A stretch of 64,000 nucleotides of DNA from Ignavibacteriota bacterium. GTDB lineage: Bacteria; Bacteroidota; Ignavibacteria; UBA10030; UBA6906. This document shows positions 31,747-42,614 of the stretch, in pieces. Positions within the stretch are counted from its first letter, which is position 1. Every line of letters begins with the position of its first letter. The stretch is taken from NCBI GenBank assembly GCA_963702445.1, contig CAVPCZ010000012.1, positions 78,668 to 142,667 on the forward strand. The letters run 5' to 3'. Under the pieces are notes generated by a model that did no database searches, was not told the DNA's origin, and saw only the letters and a list, made by a program, of their open reading frames with translations. Made by a program: the position numbers and the translations under genes.

Positions 31747-32627
31747 GATCTGCTCTCCCTCAGCTGAATCCGGAGATAGCCGAAGAGCACGATGCTGATG
31801 ATCACCACCATCACGTTGCCTATTGCAGCGGCATAGCCGACATAGCCGTACCGGAAGGCCTCCTCATACGCCGCCAGCATGGGAAGACGGGTCAACCCGC
31901 CGGGTCCCCCCTGCGTCAGCACCCAGACTATGCCGAAGGTGTTGAAATTCCACATGAACGAGAGGGAGACCACTGCGGCCATGACGGGCGTCAGCATGGG
32001 GAGGGTGATCCGCGTGAATTCTTTCCAGACGCCGGCCCCGTCAATCCGTGCGGCTTCATACAGGTCTTCCGGAATCGCCTGGAGGCCAGCAAGCAGGAAG
32101 ACCGCCGCTTTCGGTATTTCACCCCAGATCCCCGCGACAATGACCGCGGGAATGACGTACTCGAAACTGGAGAGCCAGTTGATATTCTGATGGATGAGGC
32201 CGGTGCCGATGAGCAGAGCGTTCAGGATGCCCGTATCCGGATCGTACACCTGCCGCCAGACAATTCCCCGGATGATCGGAGGCATCGCCCAGGGAACAAG
32301 CATCAGGGTGCTGTACACGGAGGTGAAGCGCATCTTTCGATGCAGCAGCAGGGCAAGGCAGAGTCCCAGCAAGACCTGTCCGGCCGTTACGACGATGGTC
32401 CAGACGAACCCCACCTGAAATGACTGCCAGAAGTAGACATCATGCAGCATCCGGACGTAGTTGTCCAGCCCGTTGAACCGGATGGTTTCGCCCAGACGAT
32501 AATCGGTAAATCCGAGATACACTCCTCTCAGGAGGGGGAACAGCGAGAGGAGGAGTACGGGAATCAGCGCCGGCAGGAGCAGTTTCAGCTGCCCGCCGGT
32601 CCTGAGGTTTTGAGCGTGTTTAGTCAC
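31743..32627 (-). CDS. Carbohydrate ABC transporter permease (MalF-like)
   Basis: FNGLDNY, LAGLQAIPEDLYEAARIDGA, GYAAAIG; GTG start inferred. Confidence 0.93.
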   Translation of the reverse strand: MTKHAQNLRTGGQLKLLLPALIPVLLLSLFPLLRGVYLGFTDYRLGETIRFNGLDNYVRMLHDVYFWQSFQVGFVWTIVVTAGQVLLGLCLALLLHRKMRFTSVYSTLMLVPWAMPPIIRGIVWRQVYDPDTGILNALLIGTGLIHQNINWLSSFEYVIPAVIVAGIWGEIPKAAVFLLAGLQAIPEDLYEAARIDGAGVWKEFTRITLPMLTPVMAAVVSLSFMWNFNTFGIVWVLTQGGPGGLTRLPMLAAYEEAFRYGYVGYAAAIGNVMVVIISIVLFGYLRIQLRESRS

Positions 32628-34280
32628 GCGATCCACTTCGATTGAGTGGTGCGGCCACCGCGTGCAGAAAACGCGCGACAGAGCGTTTGTACTGGCTTTC
32701 GTCGGGTCCGACGGCATTCCGGCCGACGATCACAACAAGCTGATTGACGGGGTCGACTCGAAAAACCGCTCCGGACGCCGCCTCATGGCCGAAGGTGGAA
32801 TCGCTCAACCCGTTCCCCCCGAGAGGGGCGCAGCCGATACCCCAGGATTTGTGCAAATCACTCCCGCCGAAATGCAGCGGTTGGGGAATGAGGGCGCGGA
32901 AGGCTTCGCCGGAGAGGATCTGATACTTTCCGTACGCGCCCCGGCCCAGAAGCATCTGACCGAAACGGGCAAGATCCGCGGCCGGTGCGTAGAGCCCCCC
33001 GTAGGTATTGTCCGCAAAGGAACGGTCCATGCCAAGCGGAGTCAGGATCATCCGTTGGAAAAGGTGCGGAACAGTCTGCCCGGATATGCGCTCAAGCACC
33101 TTGCTCGTGAGTGCGTAGCCGGCGCGATGGTACTTGAATGCACGGCCGGGCACCACGTAGGGAAGCGCCTGCGCCATCTGATTCTCCAGCGACGGGTTCC
33201 AGTCCGATGCCCATTCTCCCGCCCACGAGAGACCGCTCGTATGCGTAAGAAGATGACGGAGCGTGAGCACACAGGGTGTTCCGGAAGACATCTCCGGCAG
33301 ATAGCGGTCGAGTGGAGCGTCAAGATCGACCAGGCCCCCGTCGACGAACTGCATGACCAGCACTCCGGTCATCAACTTGGTGATGGAGGCCATCCAGGTG
33401 GGCGTGGAATTGCTCATCCGGCTGCCGTCGGCGGCGGTTCCGAACGATTCGTGGAAAACGACAGTCCCCTTATGGACAACGAGTGCGGTCATAGGCTGGC
33501 CGGAGCTGTCGGTCCAGGCGGAACAGATCTCCCGCAGAAGGCGGATATCTGCAGAACGGTACGGAGTGACCGGCGACGCAGCCTTCTCCTGAAGAACCGG
33601 CGCGGTGTCTGCGAGCCTCCGGACATCGGGGACCAGACCCGGCTGTTCCGGCCTGGAAAGCCGGCGTTTGAATTCGAGCCACCATTGCCGGTCACGGAGG
33701 CGGGGCGTGTCCGTCGGATCTCCGCCGGGACGGTGTTCGGAAAGACCGGAGAGAAAAATCGCCGCATCGGCATTCTGCCGGGGAAACATCATCAGGCTGC
33801 CAAACGAGAATTTCCTCAGGGAACGTTCATAGCTCTGCCACTGTGCCTTCGAAACCCCCAACCCGGGAAGGGACTCTCATCATGATGGGAACGTCCGGGC
33901 TATAGTCGTCCAGGTAGGCATCCGAGCAGTAGAGCGTGATGAAGCGGACGACTTCGAAACCATCCGAGGTTCTTCCGCGGACGACAGCCCCATAACGGCC
34001 GGTGTGTTCCGCCCGTGTGACGCGTGCGTATGTGTGATCGAAGAATTCAACAGTGAGCGGCAGTGCACCCGCATAGCGTGCCACCGTCTCCGGCCTCTTC
34101 CAGTCGATCGAAGGAAATGGTCCGCGGGGAAACACATACCGGTCGCACTCCAGCTCTTCCGCCAGAAAAGCTCTTGACACGGGCCTGACGGCCGGCCATA
34201 GAGGAATCTTCACCGGGCCGTTCTCCGGCATGCGCGGCGGAAGAAACCAGAAGAAGAGCGGCACACAGAAAGATCATCAC
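32620..34280 (-). CDS. Secreted serine hydrolase (beta-lactamase/PBP-like family) with long N-terminal domain (two frameshifts near 34200 and 33865)
   Basis: Signal peptide MIFLCAALLLVSSAAHA; SxxK (MASITK), TLRHLLTHTSGL, FKYHRAGY, DLARFGQMLL. Joins ORFs 34047..34280, 33827..34264 and 32620..33861. Confidence 0.78.
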
Positions 34281-35968
34281 GGCTTTTTCTTCGTCAGGAG
34301 CCAGTCATAGACCGCGGGATCGTTGTACGTCCTCGTCCAGGAGTCGTGATACAGATCCGGATAGATCGTGAACAAGGGATCTCCGCGGCACACTTTAAGA
34401 GCAGTGATCACACTCTGGGCCTTCTCCAGAGGAATGATATTATCCTTTTCGCCGTGGAATCCCCACAGGGGGATATCCTTGATGACGCACAGATCCCAGC
34501 CGGGTTCAATGCGAAAGGCGATGGGCAGAAGCGCGGCAAATCGTCGCGGGTAGCGGATGGCCAGGTCCAGCGTGCCGATCCCGCCCATGCTGAATCCTGT
34601 CAGGTAGATGCGATTCGTATCCACGGGATACCGGACAATGGCACTGTCGATCAGCCTGTTCACCAGGAGCTGAACGCCGTCATTGTAGTACCATTCCGTG
34701 GTCAACGGGCATTGAGGGGAAACAACGATACAGGGGAATGCGGTGTAGCCATCCAGAATCTTGGGAAGCCCGTCCCGTTTCACCCGCCACACGTCGCTTC
34801 CACGCTCATCAATACCGTGCAATGACACCATGAGAGGGAATTTTCCGCCAACCCGTGCCGAAGTATCCCGGGGCATAAACAGAAGATAGTTCAGTGTTGC
34901 GGGGTCGTACACTGCCTGTTGAATGCTGAGTGTGTCGTTGAAACCGGGCTGACCGAGGACAATGTCGGCGTTTGCCCCGTTCGGTTTCGATGCCGCATCA
35001 TGGAAGATCACCACACGATGGTTCGACTCATCCACGAGATACAGCCTCCCCGCCGCGTCGCCAAACACTCCCCGCAGATTGCTTACCCCGTTCCGGGCGG
35101 CGCTCTTCGTGTTCGATGTGAAGTCCGGTTGTCCCAGAACCCCGTCAGCCGCCGCGCCGTTGGCTTTGAATGCTGCGAGGTCGAAGCGCAGCGCGCGGTT
35201 GTTATCATCTTCACACACCCATAAACGGCCCGCGACATCGGCATAGACACCCATCGGCCTGTTCATCTTTGTCGATGCGAGGCCGCTCGTACCCGTCGTA
35301 AAATCCGCCTGTCCGAGGACGCCGTCGGCGTTTGCGCCGTTGGCCTTCGCTGCCGCATTGTCAAACCGCAACACGCGATGGTTGAGTCTGTCCGTGACCC
35401 ACAACCGGCCGCCGCCATCCGCAAAGACGCCGACAGGTCCGTTCATCCTGCCGGCTGTGGTGCCTCCCGTCCGGGTACCGAAATCCGGCTGTCCCAACAC
35501 CCCATCAGCCGCGGATCCCGACGGCTTCGATGAGGCATCGTCGAACCGTAACACCCGGTTGTTGGCATAGTCGCTTACCCAGAGCCGTCCGGAACCGTCG
35601 ACGGTCGCTCTCAGCGGATCGCTCAATTTTGTTGAGGAGAGCCCGCTCGAGCCGGTCAGAAAATCGGCCTGACCCAGCACCGCTTCAGCCGCCGAGCCAT
35701 TCGTCCGTTTGGCGGCCGAGCCCCACCGTAATACGCGGTTATTGTAGCGATCGACAACAAAAAGTTTCCCCGTTGTCGGATCGACCGCCACTCCCGACGG
35801 AGCCTGTAGCGTGTTTGCCGTTGTTCCGGATGTTGCTGTAGTGAAATCCGCATGGCCCAGCACGCCGCTTGCGGGCATATTGTCCGACAGGGGCGGTTGG
35901 CCATACAGTGACGCGCCTGTTGAGGCCATCAGCAGAAATGTCGCAGAGAGCGTCCTGAGACGTTTCAT
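34277..35968 (-). CDS. Secreted NHL-repeat (5 blades) + alpha/beta-hydrolase (carboxylesterase/phospholipase-like) fusion
   Basis: Five VLGQxDF...GRLWVxDxxNxRVLRF repeats; then LHGIDERG, nucleophile GFSMGG, HGEKD, HDSW triad. Confidence 0.9.
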   Translation of the reverse strand: MKRLRTLSATFLLMASTGASLYGQPPLSDNMPASGVLGHADFTTATSGTTANTLQAPSGVAVDPTTGKLFVVDRYNNRVLRWGSAAKRTNGSAAEAVLGQADFLTGSSGLSSTKLSDPLRATVDGSGRLWVSDYANNRVLRFDDASSKPSGSAADGVLGQPDFGTRTGGTTAGRMNGPVGVFADGGGRLWVTDRLNHRVLRFDNAAAKANGANADGVLGQADFTTGTSGLASTKMNRPMGVYADVAGRLWVCEDDNNRALRFDLAAFKANGAAADGVLGQPDFTSNTKSAARNGVSNLRGVFGDAAGRLYLVDESNHRVVIFHDAASKPNGANADIVLGQPGFNDTLSIQQAVYDPATLNYLLFMPRDTSARVGGKFPLMVSLHGIDERGSDVWRVKRDGLPKILDGYTAFPCIVVSPQCPLTTEWYYNDGVQLLVNRLIDSAIVRYPVDTNRIYLTGFSMGGIGTLDLAIRYPRRFAALLPIAFRIEPGWDLCVIKDIPLWGFHGEKDNIIPLEKAQSVITALKVCRGDPLFTIYPDLYHDSWTRTYNDPAVYDWLLTKKKP

Positions 35969-36001
35969 GCTTGCACGGGAACGTTCACGTGAGTGTACAT
36001 G

Positions 36002-36541
36002 CTATTTCATCACGCCCATCTTCTTCACTTCGTATCGGTGCGCAGTGCGGAGGGCATAGAAGTACACGCCGCTCGGAAGATGTGTCGCGTCAAAGGAAAG
36101 CGCATAGCGTACGTCGGCGTCGGCGATTCCGCGAAAGAGCGCAGCCACTTCCTGGCCGAGCACCGTATGGACCGTGACACTTGCCTCTTCCGTGTTCTCC
36201 AGCGCAAAAGTGATTGTTGTGCCGGGATTAAACGGATTGGGATAATTCTGACTCAGGGCATACATCTCCGGCGCTGCGGTGCCGGTTGGCCCGGCAGCAC
36301 CCGTCGGTGATGAGACATCAAACCGCAATACACGGTTGTTGTCGAAGTCCGTCACCCAGATTTCGCCATTCCGGGAATCGACGAAGATGGATTGGGGATA
36401 CGCGAAGCTGCTCGCTGTCGGAGGACCTGCCAGGGTTCCGGTCGGACGCCCTGCGGCTGCCGGCATGTCCTGGGCAATTCCCGGCCGGCCGGCTGTGGAC
36501 AACAGTAGAAGAAGCGCGAGCCATATCGTGTTATGTTTCAT
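36002..36541 (-). CDS. Small T9SS-sorted protein: signal peptide + single NHL blade + CTD
   Basis: MKHNTIWLALLLLLS...; [38 protein letters not shown]; [13 protein letters not shown]...LPSGVYFY...KKMGVMK. Confidence 0.85.
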   Translation of the reverse strand: MKHNTIWLALLLLLSTAGRPGIAQDMPAAAGRPTGTLAGPPTASSFAYPQSIFVDSRNGEIWVTDFDNNRVLRFDVSSPTGAAGPTGTAAPEMYALSQNYPNPFNPGTTITFALENTEEASVTVHTVLGQEVAALFRGIADADVRYALSFDATHLPSGVYFYALRTAHRYEVKKMGVMK

Positions 36542-36578
36542 CGAACTTCCGGATGTCAGGAATCACACGCAGCTTGCA

Positions 36579-36610
36579 TCGGGGGTCAAAGTGCCAACTT
36601 CGACCCCCGA
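36579..36610 (-). terminator. Intergenic stem-loop (terminator or mRNA-stabilising hairpin)
   Basis: Minus strand TCGGGGGTCGAAGT-TGGC-ACTTTGACCCCCGA, 39 nt after the NHL gene stop; no clear U-tract. Confidence 0.5.
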
Positions 36611-36648
36611 CACAAGTTCTTCACCCAAAAGCGGGAGGACGAATGTCC

Positions 36649-39253
36649 TTATTTCAACAACATCATCTTATTCACAGACGAATACCCGTTTGACTGCAGG
36701 CGATAGAGATACATCCCGCTGGGCAAACCGGCTGCATGGAATTGCACATCGAATGATCCGGCCGGCATGCTTTGATCCAGGAGCACGGCAACCCGCTCGC
36801 CCAGCACATTGTAGACTTCCAGCGAGACGTTCCCCGCCTGAGGCAGGCTGAACCTGATCGACGTCGATGGATTGAAGGGATTGGGGAAATTCTGCAAGAG
36901 TGCATAGGCCGTCGGTCTCTGACCGGACACTTCGCGCACGCCGGTGGTCGGACCTCCCAGTCCCACATCGTACCGCACGACGCGGTTGTTTCCGGCATCC
37001 GCCACCCAGATCTGGTTGCCGGCATTGTCGATGAACATGGAATTGGGGGAAGCCAGACTGCTCGCCGTCGGAGGCACTGCCGCCGCGCTGGTGACAAAGT
37101 TCGCCTGGCCCAGCACGTTGTCCGCATTCGCTCCGTTGGCCTTCGCCGCCGCATTGTTGAAGATCAGGATCCGGTTGTTGTTGAACTCTTCCACGGCATA
37201 GATTCTTCCCTGCGCATCCCCGAACACGCCCCGGACATTGCTCATGCCGCTCTGCGTCGGGTTCGGGGCATTGTTCGTCGTAAAACCGGTCTGTCCCAGA
37301 ACACCATCGGCCGCCGCTCCGTTGGCTTTCGCCGCCGCGTTATCAAACCGCATCACGCGGTTGTTCACATCGTCAGCCACCCACAACCGCCCTCCCGCAT
37401 CCACGAACACGCCGAACGGCTCGTTCATCTTCGTCGCGCTCAAACCCGTCGTCCCGGTCACAAAATCCGGCTGTCCCAGAACTCCGTCCGCGTTCGCGCC
37501 GTTGGCTTTCGTCGCCGCGTTGTCAAACCGCAGCACGCGGTTGTTGTCCCGTTCCGCAACCCACAAACGGCCGCTGCCATCAACAAAGATCCCCGTCGTA
37601 CGGTTCATCTTGCCGGCTGTCGTGCCCGCCGAGTTCGTCACAAAGTCCGGCTGACCCAGAACACCATCGGCCGCTGCACCTGTCGCTTTTGCCGAAGCAT
37701 TGTCAAAACGCAACACCCGTCTGTTGCCATAATCGCTGACCCACAACCGCCCGAACGCATCAACATAGAGCCTCACGGGTGTATTCATCGTCGCCGCCGA
37801 TATGCCCCCCGTGTTGGCCGTATTCGTATCCAGATTCGGCTGACCCAGAACCGCCTCGGCCGCCGCTCCCGTCGTCAGCTTTGCCGTCGAGCTGAAACGC
37901 AATACCCGGTTATTGTTCCGGTCGGCAACAAACAGATACCCCGTCGTCGGATCAACCGCCACGCCGAACGCGTTGTTCATCGTGCTCGACGTCTTGCCCG
38001 TCGTCCGCGTGACAAAATCCACCTGACCCAATACCCCGCTCGCAGGCAGGCCGGCCTTGAATGTCACGTCGCTCACGTCAAACCGCACGACGCGGTTGTT
38101 TCCGGCATCCGCCACCCAGATCTGGTTGCTGGCATTGTCGATGAACATGGAATTGGGGGAAGCCAGACTGCTCGCCGTCGGAGGCACTGCCGCCGCGCTG
38201 GTGACAAAGTTCGCCTGGCCCAGCACGTTGTCCGCATTCGCTCCGTTGGCCTTCGCCGCCGCATTGTTGAAGATCAGGATCCGGTTGTTGTTGAACTCTT
38301 CCACGAGCATAGATTCTTCCCTGCGCATCCCCAAACACGCCCCGCACATTGCTCATGCCGCTCTGCGTCGGGTTCGGGGCATTGTTCGTCGTAAAATCGG
38401 TCTGTCCCAGAACACCATCGGCCGCCGCTCCGTTGGCTTTCGCCGCCGCGTTGTCAAACCGCAGCACGCGGTTGTTCACATCGTCAGCCACCCACAACCG
38501 CCCTCCCGCATCCACAAACACGCCGAACGGCTCGTTCATCTTCGTCGCACTCAAACCCGTCGTCCCGGTCACAAAATCCGGCTGTCCCAACACACCGTCC
38601 GCGTTCGCGCCGTTGGCTTTCGCCGCCGCGTTATCAAACCGCAGCACGCGGTTGTTGTCCCGTTCCGCAACCCACAAACGGCCGCTGCCATCAACAAACA
38701 CCCCGGTCGTACGGTTCATCTTGCCGGCTGTCGTGCCCGCCGTGTTCGTCACAAAATCCGGCTGACCCAGAACACCATCGGCCGCTGCACCTGTCGCTTT
38801 TGCCGAAGCATTGTCAAAACGCAACACCCGTCTGTTGCCATAATCGCTGACCCACAACCGGCCGGCCGCATCAACATAGAGTCTCACGGGTGTATTCATC
38901 GTCGCCGCCGATATGCCCCCCGTGTTGGCCGTATTCGTATCCAGATTCGGCTGACCCAGAACCGCCTCGGCAGCCGCTCCCGTCGTCAGCTTTGCCGTCG
39001 AGCTGAAACGCAATACCCGGTTGTTGTTCCGGTCGGCAACAAACAACTTCCCCGTCGTCGGATCGATCGCCACGCCGAACGCGTTGTTCATCGTGCTCGA
39101 CGTCTTGCCCGTCGTCCGCGTGACAAAATCCACCTGTCCCAGGACACCGCTCGCCGGCATATTATCTGTCAAGGGAGCCTGGGCAAACGCTGAGAGACAT
39201 GCTGCCACAAGCAACAGCAGTGCAGCAACGAGTCTCTTACGGTGATTCTTCAT
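36649..39253 (-). CDS. T9SS-secreted protein with two six-bladed NHL propellers + CTD (one frameshift near 38306)
   Basis: GGAGG RBS, signal peptide, 12 NHL repeats, [13 protein letters not shown]...NKMMLLK. The extra A at ~38306 is absent from the duplicated copy (ccacggcata vs ccacgagcata). Confidence 0.9.
36964..39157 (-). repeat. Intragenic direct duplication of ~1.08 kb (36964-38046 and 38074-39157; period 1110 bp)
   Basis: Long near-identical stretches at offset 1110/1111, e.g. tccggcatcc at 36991 and 38101, with scattered mostly synonymous differences. Confidence 0.95.
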
Positions 39254-39340
39254 ATGACCTCCATAGATGAGAAACAGAGAGCTGTGAACTACTATTGGAG
39301 CACCTACACATCGAGCCGTGCCGGACGCCCGGGCACCGGC

Positions 39341-41525
39341 CTACTTGAGCAACATCATTTTCCGGACCGCCGAAAAACCGTTTGCCTGCAACCGGTAGAA
39401 ATAGAGCCCGCTTGGCAGGGCCGCGGAATTGAACGGAACACGTGTATGCTCCCGCCGGCAGTTGCTCGTTGACCAGCAGAGCCACCCGCTGTCCGAGAAG
39501 ATTGACCACCTCCAGCGTGACAAACGACCGTTCGGGAAGTTGCATCCCGATAGTCGTTGTCGGGTTGAACGGGTTGGGATAGTTCTGGAGCAGATCAAAC
39601 GTCGTCGGCACGGGTTCTTCTGTGCCGACGGACGTGGCAAGGTCGTTCTTGTAGACCGACACACCGTCCAGTTTTTCAGCAACATAGATGTATTCGCCAT
39701 TGGCTGCAACGCCGCGTGACTGCGGCACCCCGTCATAGTACCCGGCTTCTGTCGGCGCTGCCGGGGTTGTGATATCGATCGCGCGCACACCGGTCCCTTC
39801 AGAGGCGACGTAACAGTAGCGTCCGGCCAGGGCCGCCGCGTACCCATACCCTCCGGTTCTGATCTTCGACACCAGCGCCGGCGACATAAGATCGGCGATG
39901 TTGAAGATCTTCAGGCTGTCGCCGTCGGGTACATAGGCATAATTCCCGGCGATAGCCAGGCCTTCGTTGCCCGTTTTGAGCGCCGGCGTGCTTCCCTTGA
40001 CGACCGGACTTGCCGGCACGGTGACATCGTAGAAACGAATGGAGCTGTAGAGGCTGACACCCACGACATTACCCTCAGCGGCAACGTTTTCGATATCGAG
40101 GCCGCGCACATTGGTGAGCCATGTCGGGTTTGCGGGGGTGGCGATATTCAGCACAACAAGACCGCTGTCGCGCGTTCCGACGTAGACATGGTTGCCATTG
40201 ATGGCGATGCCGCGAGCACGTGAAGTACCGATCGTTCGCACCTTCGCCGGGCTCGCCGGATTGGTCACATCGACGACGTGCACACCGGAGTCCATTGCCG
40301 CCACGTAGGCATGGTTGCCGCTGACGACAACACCGCGTGATTCGCCGGCGAGGGCCAGTGTTGACAGGAGAGACGGCTGCGACGGGGTTGTCACATCGAT
40401 AATCCGGAGACCCGCAGTTCCATACGCCACGTAGACCTTTCCGCCGGCGTAAAACGGTGTAAACGCCGACCCTGTAGGAGAAGCCAACGCCGCGAGGAAC
40501 GCCGATGTTGCCGGGGTCGCGGGAACCGATACATTGATGGCACTTATGCCGGGGGCAGGGTTGCGGTTGGAAACATAGATATGGCCTGTCGGCGTGCCGC
40601 CGATGGTTATCGCCCCATAACTCACAAACGCCGCACGGCCCGGAGTGGCGATAGTGCTGACGAACGCCGGCGCTGCAGGATTCACGACGTTGAAAATCTT
40701 CATACCCAGATCCCCAACCGCCATATAGGCATAATTGCCGTCAAAGACGATGCTGGCCAAACGCTGCATGCCCGTAATTTCCATCACATTTACAGGGCTC
40801 GCGGGATTTGTCACGTTGACGACCGCCAATCCCGCATCGTAGTTACAGACATACGCGTACCCCGAGCGGACGTTGATATTCTGATGATACCCCCCGTAGG
40901 CGGCGATTCTCCCGGCATAGACCGGGGTTGCGGGGTTCGTGATGTCCACGATGTGGCTCCTTCCCGCTGCGGCAATGTAGGCGTATTGCCCGGAAATAAC
41001 CAGGTTCTCACAGTACTGAAGCGTGTCCATGGAAGCGACGAAAGTGGGTAGTGCAGGAGTGGCGATGTTGTATATTCTCAATCCAGCTCCTCCGGCTGCA
41101 ACGTATGCATACGACCCGCTGGTGGCAATACCCTCGCAGGTTGTTCCGGTTGCGACTTCCACCGTCGCCGTAAGCGAGGGGGCATTCGGACTCTGCACAT
41201 TGATGAGCCACATTTTCGTTCCGCCGCATACGACGAGGTACTGGTTACCCCCGATCGAAGTCCGTACCAGAGCTTCCACTACATCGGAAAGAATGACGCT
41301 TCCGATTTTTACGGGAGCCGCAGGATTGGAGAAACTGGCAATCTGCACCTTGTTGCCCAGGCCATAGAACACGAGCGACCCCGCGGCAAACACGGCTTTC
41401 GATTCGCCTTCGCCTTTCCCATAATTCCCGAGAAGCGACACATTCTTCGTGTCCTGCCCGACCAGAGCCTGGCTGAGCAACGTCACCAGGGCAAGAGCCA
41501 GGCACAATCGTGAATGAGGTTTCAT
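39341..41525 (-). CDS. LVIVD-repeat beta-propeller protein with T9SS CTD (frameshift near 39440)
   Basis: GGAGG RBS, signal peptide, many GNYAYVA...GLxIxxVxxPAxP repeats, [13 protein letters not shown]; the shifted frame ends [10 protein letters not shown]...RKMMLLK. Confidence 0.88.
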
Positions 41526-41571
41526 ATGGACCTCCACTGTGATGGGGAAATGTGAATTGGTTAACCGTGCA

Positions 41572-42519
41572 TCAACCCGGTACTTCCAGTCTGGAAGGTG
41601 CTGCTTCCGAAACAAAAGCGTCAATTTCCGAACGAAGCGGCGCAGCCGCCTGTGTTCCCATCCTTGTTACTGAAAGTGACGATGCGGCAATCGCCATTCT
41701 GAGGGCTTCCCCCATGGTCATGCCTCCGGCAAGGAATGCTGCAAGCGAACCGCTGAACACGTCTCCTGCACCGGTGGAATCAATCGTCTGTACGGCATAT
41801 GCGGGAAGGAGTTCCATCCGCTCTCTGCTCGCTGCATACACGCCTTTTTGACCGAGCGTGATAAGTACATGTTGTGCTCCCTCGCCGAGAATGATCTGCG
41901 CAACGTCACGGAGACTTGCTTCGCCGGAAATCGTCCTCTTCGCGATCATTTCCGCCTCCACCCTGTTCGGCGTCAATACGTCCACGTCCTGCAGCAGTGC
42001 ACGTTCCAGTGGCTGTGCAGGCGCGGGGTTGAGGATGACAAGTGCACCGTTACGTCGTGCCAGACGGATTGCAGACTGAACGGCATCCATCGGCGATTCA
42101 AGCTGGACGAGAAGCACGCCCGCGGATGCAATCACATCGAGGGCCGTTTCGATATCGGGAGGACCGAGGCGCCCGTTGGCACCCGAGGCGACCACAATGC
42201 TGTTTTCTCCGCGCTCGTCCACGATGATAAACGCAACGCCGGTGGGGTATTCCGGGTCCTGGATGACATACCGGATATCGATATGATCCCGGGTCAGTCG
42301 CTCTATTCCTTCCTGACCGAGCGCATCAATCCCCACCCGTCCGACAAAGCTCACCCCTGCGCCGGCACGCGCGGCGGCAACCGCCTGGTTGGCCCCTTTT
42401 CCGCCGCCTCCCCTGGAGAAGACCCCTCCGATAACCGTTTCGCCCGGACGGGGAATTCTTCCGGTCTTGATGGTGAGATCGGTGTTGTAGCTTCCTACGA
42501 CGACGACGTGATGTCTCAT
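41572..42519 (-). CDS. rbsK: Ribokinase (PfkB family)
   Basis: [54 protein letters not shown]. Confidence 0.93.
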   Translation of the reverse strand: MRHHVVVVGSYNTDLTIKTGRIPRPGETVIGGVFSRGGGGKGANQAVAAARAGAGVSFVGRVGIDALGQEGIERLTRDHIDIRYVIQDPEYPTGVAFIIVDERGENSIVVASGANGRLGPPDIETALDVIASAGVLLVQLESPMDAVQSAIRLARRNGALVILNPAPAQPLERALLQDVDVLTPNRVEAEMIAKRTISGEASLRDVAQIILGEGAQHVLITLGQKGVYAASRERMELLPAYAVQTIDSTGAGDVFSGSLAAFLAGGMTMGEALRMAIAASSLSVTRMGTQAAAPLRSEIDAFVSEAAPSRLEVPG

Positions 42520-42614
42520 ATGAAGGCAGTTTGTTCGTTAAGTTGTTCTGTACGATACGCTCTGCGGATGCCGGACACCCTTCCGGTGTGTGGGACCACC
42601 GGCTGCTCCGCTGC

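Noticed and set aside
32620-33861. Beta-lactam resistance gene
   Set aside because: It lacks canonical YxN/KTG motifs and lies in a catabolic operon; more likely an esterase or amidase.
36772-38394. Long antisense ORFs (also 16402..17598, 18406..19695, 24177..25463, 32662..33885, 56932..58005)
   Set aside because: Shadow frames of well-supported genes in GC-rich DNA, with no recognisable motifs.
36964-39157. Template/variable repeat pair of a diversity-generating retroelement
   Set aside because: Both copies are coding, the differences inspected are not adenine-specific, and there is no reverse transcriptase in the window.
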